Source of the DNA: the human T2T-CHM13v2.0 reference genome, Homo sapiens
Length of the DNA stretch: 64,000 nucleotides
Direction: 5' to 3' (one strand)
Assembly: GCF_009914755.1 (NCBI RefSeq)
Contig: NC_060926.1
Shown: positions 42,281-57,913 of the stretch, piece by piece
Layout: every line of letters begins with the position of its first letter
Position numbering within the stretch: position 1 is the first letter of the stretch
Translations under genes and position numbers: made by a program
The notes under the pieces: generated by a model
What the model saw: only the letters and a program-made list of their open reading frames with translations
Databases searched by the model: none
Told to the model about the DNA's origin: nothing

Positions 42281-42829
42281 AAGCCAGAGGAAAAACTATT
42301 TTCGGAGTAGCCAAGAAGATCCTGTCCTATACGTAATAGCTAGGAGTTATGTTCTTCTCCATTCTCTGCACACACGTAAATTTTTCCCATATTTTTCTCG
42401 ACATGTTCTATGTTAAGAGTTGAAAATCTTTAAAGCATCAAATAGCTGGGTTTAATTTTTCTATAAACAGAGAAAGCAATCTCACACATAGGGCCTTACG
42501 GCAATTTTGTTCTTGGTGGAAAGACAGAGATCTTCATAAAGTCATGCATCTGTGTCACTTGTTCCCCTTCCATCAAAGATGGCTACAGCCTCTAGCTTTA
42601 TATTATTTTAAATATCAGCGGCAACAAAGGTTACATTGACAGAAGAGTTTTGGGAGACAATTCAACTCTGTTGCCATTTCTTTCTTTCAATAGTCTTTGC
42701 TGGTCTCCTTTATTTGCTTATTAAAAGCTTTCATCTTATTGCTTTTTCTCCCATTAGAGAATGATCAACATACTTTCTAACTTCTTTCCTTTTTAGGTTT
42801 AAAATAAAAGAAATCAATTTCATTACACA

Positions 42830-43120
42830 TATAATTAATGCTCAATATTCGGACCTCAAACTCATTTGGTCTTCTTTTCCCTCTGTGGACAAGGCTAATC
42901 CCCCCTAAGGGTTTATAAATGGGCCCGGCTGCAGTTTGCAGGTGCAGTCGTTTGCTGGAGCCCAAGTCAAGATTTACATATGCAAATGAGCATGGATGTG
43001 CCCAAATTGAGTAATTGTGCATGCAAATAGGTGATTAAATAGACAATTACTAAATCTGCATGAACAAATGGGAGTTGTGCGTATTCAAAAAGCAGGGGAC
43101 ACCTGAACATTATGCAAACA
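42830..43120. promoter_or_regulatory. Candidate enhancer: POU octamer and homeodomain motif cluster
   Basis: ATTTACAT-ATGCAAAT (42972-42987), ATGCAAAT (43021-43028), ATGCAAAC (43112-43119), TAATTA (42832), TAATCC (42896); motif evidence only. Confidence 0.35.
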
Positions 43121-44328
43121 GGCAGCTTTCCTCAAAGCCTGTGGAAATCTGGCCCCCAGGGCCTCGAAGTTGCATCAGTCCCAGAGCAAGCTGGGATCTC
43201 AAGTTGCACAAGTGGAATTTACACTTTGACCTCAGCTGCCATGGTAATGTCTAGATCTCTGACAAGGTCATCTCCAGGAAGTACATGGGAAAGGGTTTTG
43301 ATTTCTGCCATTTCTTTCCATATACTAGATTTAAAGCAGAAATTTAAACTAATGATTTTAAAAATGATCAGTAGTAAGAAATAAGCTTTAGTTATTTTAG
43401 TGGGTTATAGTGTACACCCACTCCTCCAAACCAAAACTTCGAAACAGGCATAGAGAATTCAATCCAAGTTAAACAACGTACCACAATGAATGTGACTTTA
43501 TGATGCTCTTTCTCACAACTGTGCTGCCAAAAACAAGAGTGAGGCTTAATCACTCTTAGGTAGCTGTTTTTAGTTTGTCTTTGTGGGCTAGAGAAAAATA
43601 CCCACTGGTTTTAATTCTTCATTTCTTCATAATTCGAAATCTCAGTTCTCTACCTACCGCCTAACATTGATAGATGGTGTTGTCAGCAGAGTACATCAAT
43701 GAGAAATGATTTCACATAACCAGGGGGGCTTTTCTGACAAAAGATTAGTGGCAATGCCTAGACTAGCCTACCAAGAGCCGGAGATAAGCAGAATTTGAGA
43801 CAGCCAAAGAGTGCTGATTGCTGAAATCCTCATATTTTTCAGGAAGATATTTCAGCCCTAGGATATTCTATCTTTTCCACATTCAGTTTTATATGAACCA
43901 CTTCAAGTCTTTTACTTTACAAAGTAAGGAGTGATATCACTGCAGACCATAAAATCAATTACTCAATTCAATCAATAACCCAGTTAACTGGAATAATTTC
44001 TTTACTTAGCATCTGTCAGGAGGAGATTTCAAAATATTCTCACGAGGGGTCAGAAGTGAGTGGAATTAGCTGTGTCTACAGATGAAGTAGCCAAGTCTTC
44101 TATGCAGAATATTAGGCATTTCCATACATCATGCAGATATAGAAAAACATTAGCTGGTAATTATACAAGTCTGGCAAAGGAGATAATATGGAAACCGACT
44201 TCCCCAAAAGCACCCCTTCAGCATTATCTCTACACAGGTGCATTAGAAGCTAACCAAGGATTCCTCCAGAACTGTAAGTCTTGTGTATATAGTCCATTTG
44301 GCCAGAAATGCATTTAAAAGTGGAGAAA

Positions 44329-44615
<287 letters not shown>

Positions 44616-45269
44616 CTAGCTTCACCAGCATAGTCTCAGAAGCCAAAGAAATCCATTCTCTTCCCAATTTCAAATGGAATTGTTGGTTCTTCCTTTTTCT
44701 TGAATATCTAAATAAATTTTTCACCAATTACAAAAACACCAGTGGCACAAATACTGCAACGCAATACATGTATGTATATACACTTATGTTTGCATTCATT
44801 AAAAAACAGTATATACTAACAATATAATGTCTCAGTCACAAGCTTCAGATTGCTACATGTTTGAGTGTTCAACAAAATCTACCAAATTCTAGCCTTTCAA
44901 ATTACCTCCAGGGTTTTCTCCTCCCACATGATCCTTCCTGTATTTCATTGGTAGTAATGTCTCCCTCTGCCAGGCTCCCAGAGAACTTAATATACGGCCC
45001 TTTTCTTGACACTTAACAATGATGCTTTGCAATGAAGTTATTAATAATTATTTTCCCCCTTATTGTAATGTAAGATAATTGAGGGAGTTGCTGCAGTCAA
45101 TATGGGAGGCAAGTAAGATTTATCCTCTATATCCAATGTCTCGGGCACCATGCCATCTTCATATGTGCTATCTTGTCCATGGTTTACAAACTTCAACTAG
45201 GTAAGTGCTATTAGCATTTTACAAATAATGAGAGGATGATTTGAGAGGTTTCATAACAGCTCAAAGCCT

Positions 45270-45495
45270 GCACCCTAGGTTCAAATCTCAGCCCCAACAC
45301 TTGCCAGCCATGTGATCTTGGACATGCTTCTTGGCCTTTGAAAGTCTTGTTTTCTTCATTCATAAAAATGAGATAGAAATTGTGCCAATTTATTGTAGCA
45401 AGACATCTCATTATTAATGATAAGGATTAAAGGAGGCAATTCATAAGAAGTATTTAACACAATACTTGACTTATTGTCAGTGCTTCATGTTTCTG
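45270..45495 (+). mobile_element. MIR
   Basis: ggttcaaatctcagccccaacacttgccagccatgtgatcttggaca...ttcattcataaaatgagata. Confidence 0.8.
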
Positions 45496-45925
45496 CTTAT
45501 GTTGTTGGCAGTAATAGTATTGTTAGGTATTCTAATTAGCTTTTAAAGAAACTTTGTGTTCAAACATATAGATTGCACTTAGCAGTTGGCTCAGTAATTT
45601 TTTATCATTTTCTGGCAATGAATGAAGGAATGCACAAGTGAGTTCTAAGTATTTTCCTGGCACTTTGGTCACATTCCCTGGAACCTTGGGATATTTTATC
45701 TAGAGTTGCCAAAAACCTTGTTTTGTTGTGTTATAGATGCTGTCCCTATAGACTCCTCAAGTCTTCCAAAAGTGCAGAAGCCTGGAAAGCTGTTACAAAT
45801 GAGAATCACTATTTACCAGACCCCTCCCAGAGAACACATGTGCATTTTGTCTTTGGTCTTCAAGAGGCTCTAACACACAGCTTCTTCCACTTTCCTCTTG
45901 ATATTTGCCTTTTCCAGGTTTAAAG

Positions 45926-47622
<1,697 letters not shown>

Positions 47623-50600
47623 CTTTTTTTTAATTTTATTTTTAATTTTAATAGCTTTACGGGTATAAGTTGTTTCTGGTTACATGGGTAAGTTATACAG
47701 TGGTAAAGTCTGATATTTTAGCATACCTGTCATCCGTGTAGTGTACATTGTGTCCAATATGTAGCTTTTTATTCCTCACCCTCCTCCCTGCCACCCACTT
47801 CTGAGTCTCCAAAGTCCAATATATTAATCTGCATGCCTTTTTGTACCCATATTAGATCCCACTTATAAGTGGTAATATATAGTATTTGGTCTTCCATTCC
47901 TGAATTGTGTCACTTAGAATAAATGCCTCCAGCTCCATCTAAGTTGCTGCAAAATCCATTATTTTTTCTTTTTTTATGTCTGAGTAGTATCCCATGGTGT
48001 ATATATACCACATTTTCTTTATCCAGTAATCAGTTGATGGGCATTTAGGTTGGTTCATATCTTTGCAATTGTGAATTGTGCTGCAATAAACATACACATT
48101 CAGGTTTCTTTTGTATATAATGACTTCTTTTCCTTTGGGTAGATATCCAGCAGTGGGACTGCTGGATCAAATGGCAGATCTACTTTTAGTTCTTTGGGAA
48201 ATCTCCATACTGTTTTCCTTAGAGGTTGTACTATTAATAATTTTTATTCCCACCAGCAGTGTATAAACAAACCCTTTGCACCACATCTATGCCATCCTTT
48301 CTTTTTTTTTTTTTTTTTTTTTGACTTTTTAATAATGACCATTCTGGCTGGGGTAAGGTGGTATTATCTCATTATGGTTTTAATTTTCATTTCTCTGATG
48401 ATTAGTGATGTTGAGCATTTTTTCGTATGTCTGTTGGCCATTTGTATATCTTCTTTTAAGGAATGTCTATTCATGTCATTTGTCTATTTTTTGATGGGAT
48501 TATCTGGGTTTTTTTCTTGCTGATTAGTTTTAGTTCTTTATAGATTCCAGATATTATTTCCTTTGTTGGATGCATAGTTTGCAAATATTTTCTCCCATTC
48601 TATGGGTTGTCTGTTTTACTCTAATGATTATCTTTTCTGCTCTGCAGTAGCTTTTCAGTTTAATTAGATCCCATTTACTTATTTTTGTTTTAGTTGAATT
48701 TGCTTTTGAGGTCTTAGTCATAAATTCTTTGCCTAGGCCAATGTCCAGAAGAGCTTTTCCTAGCCTTTCTTCTGGAAGTTTTATGATTTCAGGTCTTAGA
48801 TTTAAGACTTTAATCCATCTTGATTTGATTTTTGTATATGGTGAGAGATAGGGATCTAGTTTCATTCTTCTGCATGTGGCTCTCCAGTTTTCCGAGCACC
48901 ATTTATTGAATAGGGTGTCCTTTCCCCAAATTTATGTTTTTGTATGCTTTGTTGAAGATCAGTTGATTGTAAGCATTTGGCTTTGGCTTTATTTCTGGGT
49001 TCTCTATTCTGTTCCACTAGTCTATGTATCTACTTTTATACCAGTACCATGCTGTTTTGGTCACTATAGCTTTGTAGTATAATTTGAAGTGAGGGAATGT
49101 GATGCCTCCAGATGTGTTCTTTTTGGTTAAGATTACTTTGGCTATTCAAGCTCTTTTTTGATTCCATGTGAATTTTAGGATTTTTTTTTCTAATTCTGTG
49201 AAAAATGATGTTAGTATTTTGATAGAAATTACATCGAGTCTGTAGATTGCTTTGGGTACTATGATCATGTTCATGATATTGATTCTTCCAATCCATAACC
49301 ATGGAATGTATTCCCATTTGTTTGTGTCATCTATGATTACCTTCAGCAATGTTTTATAGCCCTCCTTATAGAGATCTTTCACCTCCTTTGTTAAATATAT
49401 TCCTAGGTATTTTAATTTATTTTTGCAACTGTTATAAAAGGGATTGAATTCTTGATTTGATTCTCAGCTTGGTCGTCATTGGTATATAGCAGTGCTACAA
49501 TTTTTGTACATTCATCTTGTAACCCGAGACTTTACTGAATTCATTTGTCAAATCTAGGAATCTTTTGAAGGAGTCTTTAGGGTATTCTAGGTATATGATC
49601 ATATCATTGACAAACAGAGATAGTCTGACTTCCTCTTCCCCAGTTTGGATGCCCTTTCTTTCTTTCTCTTGCCTGATTACTCTGCTTAGGATTTCCAGTA
49701 CTATGTTGAATAGAAGTAATGAAAGTGGGCCTCTTGTCTTCTTCCAGTTCTTAGGGGAAATAATTTCAACTTTTCCCCATTCAGTATGATGTTGGCTGTG
49801 GTTTTGTGATATATGGCTTTTATTATTTTGAGGCATGTGTCTTCTATGCCTAGTTTGTTGAGGGTTTTCATAAAAAGATACTGGATTTTATTGAATGTTT
49901 TTTTCTGCAGCTGTTGGATTCAATCTGCTGGTATTTTGTTGAGGATTTTTACATCTATGTTCATCAGGGATATTGATCTATAGTTTTCCTTTTTTGTTAT
50001 GTCCTTTGCTTGCTTTGGTATCAGAGTAATACTGGCTTCATAGAATGAGTTAGGGAGGATTCCCTCTTTCTCATTATTTTGGAATAGTTTCAGTTGAATT
50101 GGTACCAATTCTTCTTTAAATGTCTGATAGAATTCAGCTGTGAGTCCATCTGGCCCTGTGCTTTTTTTTTTTTTTACTGGGAATTTTTTTTTTTGTTACT
50201 GATTCAATCTCACTGCTTGTTATTGGGCTGCTCATAATTTCTATTTCATTCAAGCTAGAAGGGCTGTATTTTTCCAGGAATTCATCCATTTCCTCTAGAT
50301 TTTCTAGTTTATGTGCACAGAGGTGTTTATAGTAGTCCCAAATGGTCTTTTGTATTTCTGTGGTGTTGGTTGTAATCTCTCCATTTTCATTTCTAATTGA
50401 GCTTATTTGAATCTTCACTTCTTTTCTTGATTATTCTAGCTAATGGTCTATCAATTTATTTATCTTTTCAAAGAACAAATTTTTTTTTTCATTAATCATT
50501 TGTATTTTTAAATTTCAATTTTATTGAGTTCTCTGATATTTGTTATTTCTTTTCTTCTGCTAGCTTTGGGTTTGGTTTGATCTTGTTTCTATAATTCTTT

Positions 50601-53600
50601 GAAGTGTGATATAATGTGGTCAATTTGTAATCTTTTATTTTTAGACTTTTTGTTGTAGGCATTTAGCTCTATAAACTTTCTCCTTAGCACTGCTTTTGCT
50701 GTATTCCAGAGGTTTTGATAACTTGTGTCACTGTTATCTGTCATTTTGAAGACTTTTTAAATATTTTCTTGATTTCATTGTTAAAAGTCATTTAAGAACA
50801 GATTGTTTAATTTCCATGTATTTGTATAGTTTTGTAAATTCCTTTTGGACTGATTTTTAGTTTTATTCCTCTGTGATTTGAGGAAATACTTGATATGATT
50901 TTTATTTTAAAAAATGTATTGAGACTTGTTTTGTGGCCTATCATATAGTCTATCTTGGAGAATGATCCATATGTTCATGAGAAGAATGCATATTCTGCAG
51001 TTCTTGGGTAGAACTTTCTGTACATGTCTGTTAGGTCCACTTGTTTTAGAGTGCAGTTTAAGTCCAATGTTTCTTTGTTGACTTTCTGCCTCAATGATAT
51101 GTCTAGTGCTGTCAGTGGAGTGTTGAAATCCCCCACTATTATTGTGTTAGTGTCTATCTATTTTCTGAGGTCTAGTAGGAATTATTTTATGAATCTGGGA
51201 GTTCAGTGCATATGTATTTTGGATTGTAATGTCTTCTGCAGAATTGATCCTTTTTTATTACATAATGATTTTCTTTACTTTTTTATTTTTTCTTCTTTTT
51301 TTTTTTAGTGTTTTTGCTTTAAAGACTGTTTTATCTGACATAATAATAGCTATTCCTACTTGCTTTTGGTTTCTATTTGCAGGGAATATCTTTTTCCACC
51401 CCTTTATCTTGAGTCTTTAAGAATCCTTATACGTGTAAGTGTGTTTCTTTAAGACAACAAATATTTGGTTTGTGATTTTTTATTTATTATGCTGACCTGT
51501 ATCTTTTAAGTGGAGCATTTAGAATATTTACATTCAATATTAATATTGAGACATGAGGTACTATTCCAGTCATCACGTTGATTGTTACCTAGTTACTTTG
51601 TTTTCTTCATTGTGTTATTGTTTTACAGGTCCTGTGAGTTTAATGCTTTCAAGATGTTCTATTCTGGTGCATATCAACGTTTTGTTTCAAGATTTAGAAT
51701 TCCTTTTATCATTTCTTTTTAGGGATGGTCTAATAGTGACAAATTCCCTCAGCATTTGCTTGTCTGAAAAACACTTTATTTCTCCTTTGTTGATGAAACT
51801 TAGTTTTGCTGGATACAAAATTCTTGGTGGATGGTTATTCTGTTTAACAAGGCTAAAGATAGGACCTGAATCCCTTCCAGGTGGTAAAAGGTTTCTGCTG
51901 AGAAATCTGCTGCTAGTCTTATAGGTTTTCCTTTATAGAATACATCATATTTTTGTCTCACTGTTCTTAGAGTTATTTCCTTCACATTGACTCTAGACAG
52001 CCTAATGACTATATGCCTTGGAGATATCCTTTTTGGAATAAATCTCCTGGGAGTTTTTTTTTTTTTTTTTTTTTTTTGTTTAATGAATTTGGATGTCTAA
52101 ATCTCTAGTAAGGCCAGGGGAAGTTTTCCTCAATTATTCTGTCAAATAAATTTTCCAAACTTTTTGCTTTTTCTTATTCCTCCCAAGAAACACCAGTGAT
52201 TCTTAGGTTTGGCTGTTTTACATAGTCCCATATTTCTTGGATACTTTGTACACTTCTTTTAAAAATTTTTTATTTTTGTCTGATTGGATTAATTCAAAAG
52301 CCTTGTCTTTGAGCTCTGAAATTCTTTATCCTACTTGATCTAGTAAACTGTTAGAACTTGCCACTGCATTTTGTAATTCTGTAAATGTGTCTTTTACTTC
52401 CAGAAGTTCTAATTGATTTTTTTAATATCTATCTCTTTAGAACATTTTTAATTCACATCCTAAATTGTTTTTTAAATTTCTTTATGTTGGTTTTCATCTT
52501 TTTCTTGTATCTCTGTGAGTAACTTAATAAGCATCCTTTTGAATTCTTTATCTGGTATTTCAAAGTTGTCATCTCAGTTTAGTTCCATTGCTAAAGAGCT
52601 GGTGTAATCTTTTTGGGGTTTTATAGAACCCTGTTTTGTCATATTGCCAGAATTATTTTTCTGGTTTCTTCTTATTTGGGTAGACTATTTCTTTTAATTA
52701 TTTTTGAATTTATTTTTGATTCAACTGTGCTTTTTAAAAATGTCCCATCCTTGAGGATGTGACTTTAATGTTTATAAATTGTTGTAACCTAATTCAGCTC
52801 TGGGTGAAGACTTTGTATGAGTTCTTTGGTTATAAAGAGCCTTTGTATGATGGCTTTTTCAGATACTGGTTGTAGTGGCAATATGTTAATGGTGTGAGTA
52901 GGTTCACTGTCTCCTATAATTTTGGAATGACAAAAGTCTCTTGAAGCTTATTTTTTTCCCAGTGGTATGTACTTTTTTATTTATTTATTTTCCCCCTACT
53001 ATTTTAATCACTGGATTGAACAGTCCAGCCTTCAGGCCAGTAGGAAGTATCCACAGGTAAAAACCAGCTGTGGCTAAGGCAGGTGGGTAAGTGCAATACC
53101 CAGTGGAGGGCAGAGGTCACAGCATTGACAGAGGTAGTTGGAGGAGCTCTCAGTGAAAAACACTGAGGTCTTTTCAGGGTGAAGAGAGGGAATCACCTGA
53201 GTTCCCCTGCCAGGCCAGCAGGAAAGCAATCCACCTCTCAATCACACTCCTGACCCAGGGTTCCAGCTATTCAGATCAGACAGACACCTCTTTTCATCTG
53301 AAGGAATGCTGATGTTCCATATAGAAAAGGGTTGTCACTCTACCTCTCATGCAAACCTGAACCTGGAGAGCATTCCTCTTGTGGGGATACAGTCACTCTG
53401 AGATGTTCTAGAAAGGCTGTCTACAGAAGGACCTAAGTCAAGCTCCCATGAGAGAAGCCCCACCTGTGTCTTCAGTGGTGGGTGAGAGTGAGAAGAAGTC
53501 CCCTTCTCTGTGACACTTTATGAGCACCAAGGCTCCTGACTGTTGGGGTAGGGCTGCCAGCTTTTCCTACTGAGCCCAGCATTGCACTTGTGCTTCTGCT

Positions 53601-55212
53601 GAAAGAAACTTCCCAAAAGCTGAAAGTTCTGGGACTCAGGGCCTGTGGTCTGGATTTTCTTTGTCCCATTGGGTACACTCCCCCTTCCCCTAGAAGTAGT
53701 AGTCCCTGAGGCCCAAATTACTATGAATCCTTCTCTTTTACTGAGTCTAGCCTCCTAGGGGGCTGCCACACTCCAAGCTGGAGATGGGGAATGTCTTCAA
53801 GGGATCCAGTGATGTGACCTGTCCTCACGTCTCCCAGCAGCAGGTACCAGAACCAGTTCTGATGGCGTGGCAGGGGAGTGACTTAGACTCTTTGAGATTC
53901 TTTGGTTTTAAGCAGCCTTAGTGTGTTGGCTTTCTCACATGCCTGTTGTAGTAGTAATGAATTGGTCACATGGAGAGACTAAGGACCTCCTGGTTAGCCA
54001 GAGTGATGCAGGCAACGATGATAGCTGAGGTTATGCACAAGTCTTCCCCTTCCTGGGGGCCATGTTATTCTCCCTGAAGATGTTGTAATGGACTGTGTCA
54101 GTTGGCCTCCAACCAAGAGGTGGCACTTGTAAAACACCACCAGCTATTCTGGTAGCAGTGGGATTTGTGCTTGCCTTATGCTACTCAGGGGAAGTACTCT
54201 GGTTTCTCAGGCAACAAGCAGAGCCACAGAGCTCCCAGAGGTTTCTGTCCTTTGTGTTAAGCTACCAGGGCAGGTGGAGGGGCAAAGCCAGGTAGGGGCT
54301 GCATCAGGTAAGTCCACACTCTGCCTCTCCACATGCAGATGCAAGCAGTGGCCCCAGTGAGCAGTTCTCTGGCTGCTGGGGTAATAGTCCAGGGAGGCCA
54401 CAGAGGGATTGGGGAGTAACAAGTGACAGTAAGCCCCACCCAACACCCACGCACTTGGCAAGTTAGATCTCCAACCTACGGTGTTCCACTAACAGTGGCT
54501 AGCTAAGTGCCAGGCAGTCTGAGCTCAGAACTAAAATCTCCCTCAGGCCATAAACCTTCCCTGTGAGACAGAAACCACAGCTTTCAGGCCATGCCCCTCT
54601 CAGTCCGTCTGTGAAGTAGGGGCATCCAGTTCCTGTGCCCATGACTACAACACACTTCCCACTGACCCCTTTGTTCTGGCCAAGGAGGTTTGTCCCAACT
54701 TGAAATTACATCATGAATCTCAGGAGCTTCCCTCCACCTGTGACCACCAACTGAGTTCGCCAACAGACTTCTGCGAGGTCCCCTGGGAGGTAGGATCAAG
54801 GATATGTTCCCTTCATCCCAGCTGGAGTCTGGGAGTGCTTATAAATTATGTCCAATGCCACTCCTTCTCATACACTTCCCACCACACACTAAATCAACTC
54901 CAGCACTGAGATAAGGCCTTCCCCTGTGGCCTGGATTGCCAGGTTCCCCAGTGGGGAATGTATATCCTGGGGGCAGTTTCTCCCCCTCTCACACTCTGGG
55001 GACTTACAATTTTCCTCCTCACTCAAGGCATAGGCTCAGCCTGCCATTTCTTTCAAAGGTTCTGTTATTTTTATTTTTCAGTTTTCCTGTTAATTTCCTG
55101 TGTTGCCTCTTGGAAACAAGTTCACAGCATGAGTCTCTACAAACTATTTTGTCTTTCCAAGTGGGAGAGGCATGCTAACAATTCCTCCAATCCACCATCT
55201 TGGGGGAAAAAA
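47623..55212 (-). mobile_element. Full-length L1PB-family LINE-1 (about 7.6 kb; long 5' UTR, dead ORF1/ORF2)
   Basis: T-rich tail at 47624; ORF2 peptides ([62 protein letters not shown]); ORF1 peptide YKGKPIRLAADFSAET; 5' end aagatggtgg; TSD agg(t)ccctaata (47611-47622, 55213-55223). Confidence 0.93.
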
Positions 55213-55275
55213 AGGCCCTAATAATTTTTAAAAGTGTGAATGCATCCTGATGCCAGAAAGGTTTTGAGAACTATC
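55213..55275 (+). mobile_element. Charlie1a 3' terminus displaced by the L1
   Basis: taatttttaaaagtgtgaatgcatcctgatgccagaaaggttttgagaac continues the Charlie1 end and TIR. Confidence 0.8.
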
Positions 55276-55286
55276 AAATAAGCAAC

Positions 55287-55644
55287 TGATGTGGACTGAA
55301 TGTTTAAATCCCTGTAAAATTTATTTGTTGAACTCCTAACCCCCAAGGTAATGGTATGAGGAGGTAGGGTCTTCAGGATGTGACAAGGTCATGAGCGAAG
55401 AGCCTTCATGAATGGGATTGGTGTCCTTATAAAAGAGGCCTGAGGGAGCCTTATACTTCTTCACCATGTAAGGACACAGCAAGGAGGTGTCCTCTATAAG
55501 CCAGAAAACAGGCCCTCACCAGACACTGAAGCTGCCTTAATGTTGGGCTTTCTAGCCTCCAGAAGTGTGAAAAATAAATTTCTGTTGTTTGTAAGCTACC
55601 CAGTTTATGATATTTTGTTATAGCAACCTGAATGCACTAAGATA
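55287..55644 (+). mobile_element. MLT1A0-like MaLR solo LTR
   Basis: Homologous to 5399-5760; flanks gcaac/gcaat. Confidence 0.88.
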
Positions 55645-56639
55645 GCAATGATTTATAAACTTGTTTGTAACATCGGAAACCTGTACTCAAAGGAAATTTT
55701 AAATTAAAGACTAATTTATAAAAAGATAAAAATCTGAGTTGCTATGGTGAAACAGAAAAATAGGACCCAAAGCCTCCCAGTTTTGCCTCTTCCCTATTCC
55801 CTTTCACTTCCTCATGAGTCCCTACCTGGAATCCCAGTTAGAAAATCTCTATGCAAAACCATCAGTAAGCTGATGCAGCAGGCAGCAGGAATGCAGCATC
55901 CCAGGCCAAGTGGGAGTGGAGAATGATGTCAGGGACAACGTTAAGATGAGTGATGCGAGAGCCTTAAATCAGATCATAGACAGGATAACCTCCCCTGTCT
56001 CCTTTTCCATTTATCCACTGGAGCTTTCTTACTGAAAAATACTTGACTTCTGATCTCTTAACTATGTGTGGAATCACCAGTGAGCACACCCCAAAGTGAT
56101 TAATTTGGTATGAAGGAAAGGTGGTGTCTGAGCATGGGATGGAGACAGAGAAATTCCTGGCACATTTTTTTCTCTGAATTAGCAGTGTTGGGGTTGAGCA
56201 ATTGAGGAATAATTTCCACCCAACTGTAGGACCAAATACTATTTTGAATGACCGGGGAATAGAATGAAATACAAGAATACACAGGAGGGTGAAATAATAG
56301 CAGCAAGTCTAGAACTGGGTAGAGTATTTTCAGGTGGTTCTGAGTTATGGACAGACAGTAGAATGTAGAGGGAGTATAATACAACTAGATAATGGAATTC
56401 CAGGACTCCATCTTTAGTGCTGGCCTCTGTGCTGACATCCAGATCAAAACCAGTTTCTGGGCTTTTACTTAGCTTTCTAAAAAATATCTCAAATTTAATT
56501 TGACCTGGACTTGCTATTGCATTCCTTCTGGTTCTATGTCCTATGTCAATTATGGCATTATCATTCACTGTGTCAATAAATCTAGATCTTCTGAAGTCTC
56601 CCATGATAAAGGTTTGGGGTGAACAATTGCCATTGGGAG

Positions 56640-57075
56640 GCTGTTCAATGTCCAAACCTCCTTTTCCAGTTGGGAGAAGCCACCAGACTTAACGACACAC
56701 AATCTTCTCCTTTCCTAAGAAAGAGACATACTCTCCCTGCACCCTCAGGCTTGGCACCCAGTTGGCTTAACATCATTGGAACAGAGTGTTAGGGGCAACA
56801 GGTTCAGAGGGAGTCATGCTGAGTAGCAGCAGCTACACCAGTGCATTTGAGCCACATCTTTCCTTCCAGCGATGGTGAAGCTCCTCCCTACTCTTGGCTG
56901 TCCAGAGCCTTATTTGCCTTTGTGTTGTTTGTTTTACATTTTTAACATCTGGTTCTCAACTCTCACATTGGTTATCCCAACCAGTCTTAATAAAATTTTC
57001 CCAATAAAGTCCTTTCTACTCTCATAGCCAGAGACACTTGTTCTTGCTTGCAGTACAAATTCTTGAACTAGACAC
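56640..57075 (+). mobile_element. Old ERVL LTR (LTR33-like)
   Basis: Ends cccaataaagtcctttct...tagccagag...ttgcttgca...actagaca; highly diverged. Confidence 0.45.
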
Positions 57076-57575
57076 TATTTTCTTTCTATTTTATTTTAAA
57101 AATGTCTCCCCTACACACCTAAGTACTACTCTAAGTTCAGGCCCTTATCATTTGGACAAGAACAATTGTGCCTCCCTGACACCAGTCTTTCCCCACTCCA
57201 ATCCAACCTCTCCACTCATATTGTTTTTTTCCAAAGATTTTAGCATAGCCTTCTTTCTTTTGTTCAATAACGAAAGCAACCAAATCTTCCTGGCACCCTT
57301 ATGCTTGCAGAATAGTGTTTGACTACATATCATTCAAGGCCTCTCAATCTACTTTCCAATATCCAGCATACAGCTCCTGTGAGCAGAAGACAATTCAAAA
57401 TTATTTTTGTAGCCCCAAGATCTGGCAAAACACCTGGTGTAAAGTAAAGCCCAATAAATGAATGAGTGCATGCATGCATGCATGACTTGTTACTCAGAAA
57501 CCCAGTACACTCGATACAATTAAGTGTATGTCATTTCCCAAAGTCTCTACAGAAACATTCACATCTTTCTAAATA

Positions 57576-57913
57576 TAGTCAGGCACTGCCTAACGATGTC
57601 TCGGTCAATGGTGGACCACATATAAGACAGTGGTGCCATAAGATTATAATACTGTATCCTTACTGTACCTTTTCTTTGTTTAGATATGTTTAGATACACA
57701 ACAGCATTACAATTGCCTACAGAATTCAGTACAGTAACGTGCTGTACCGGTGTGTAGCCTAGCAGTAACAGGCCATCCCTTATAACCTAGGTGTGCAGTA
57801 GGCTACACCATCTAGGTTTGTGTGAGTACACTCTACGATGTTCAAATAACGACAAAATCATCTAAGGATGAAGTTCTCAGAATCTATTTGCATCATTAAG
57901 GGATGCGTGACAG
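57576..57913 (+). mobile_element. Tigger3a (MER7A) MITE
   Basis: TA|agtcaggcactgcctaacgatgtctcggtcaa...ccataagattataatactgta...ttaagggatgcgtgacag. Confidence 0.88.

Noticed and set aside
48194-51985. Active LINE-1 ORF1/ORF2
   Set aside because: Fragmented by stops, frameshifts and an RT-domain deletion; catalytic FADD reads FVND.
56239-56655. 138-aa minus-strand ORF with protein-like composition
   Set aside because: Non-ATG start, no recognisable family, no convincing splice boundaries; a BLASTP/PhyloCSF hit would be needed to revive it.
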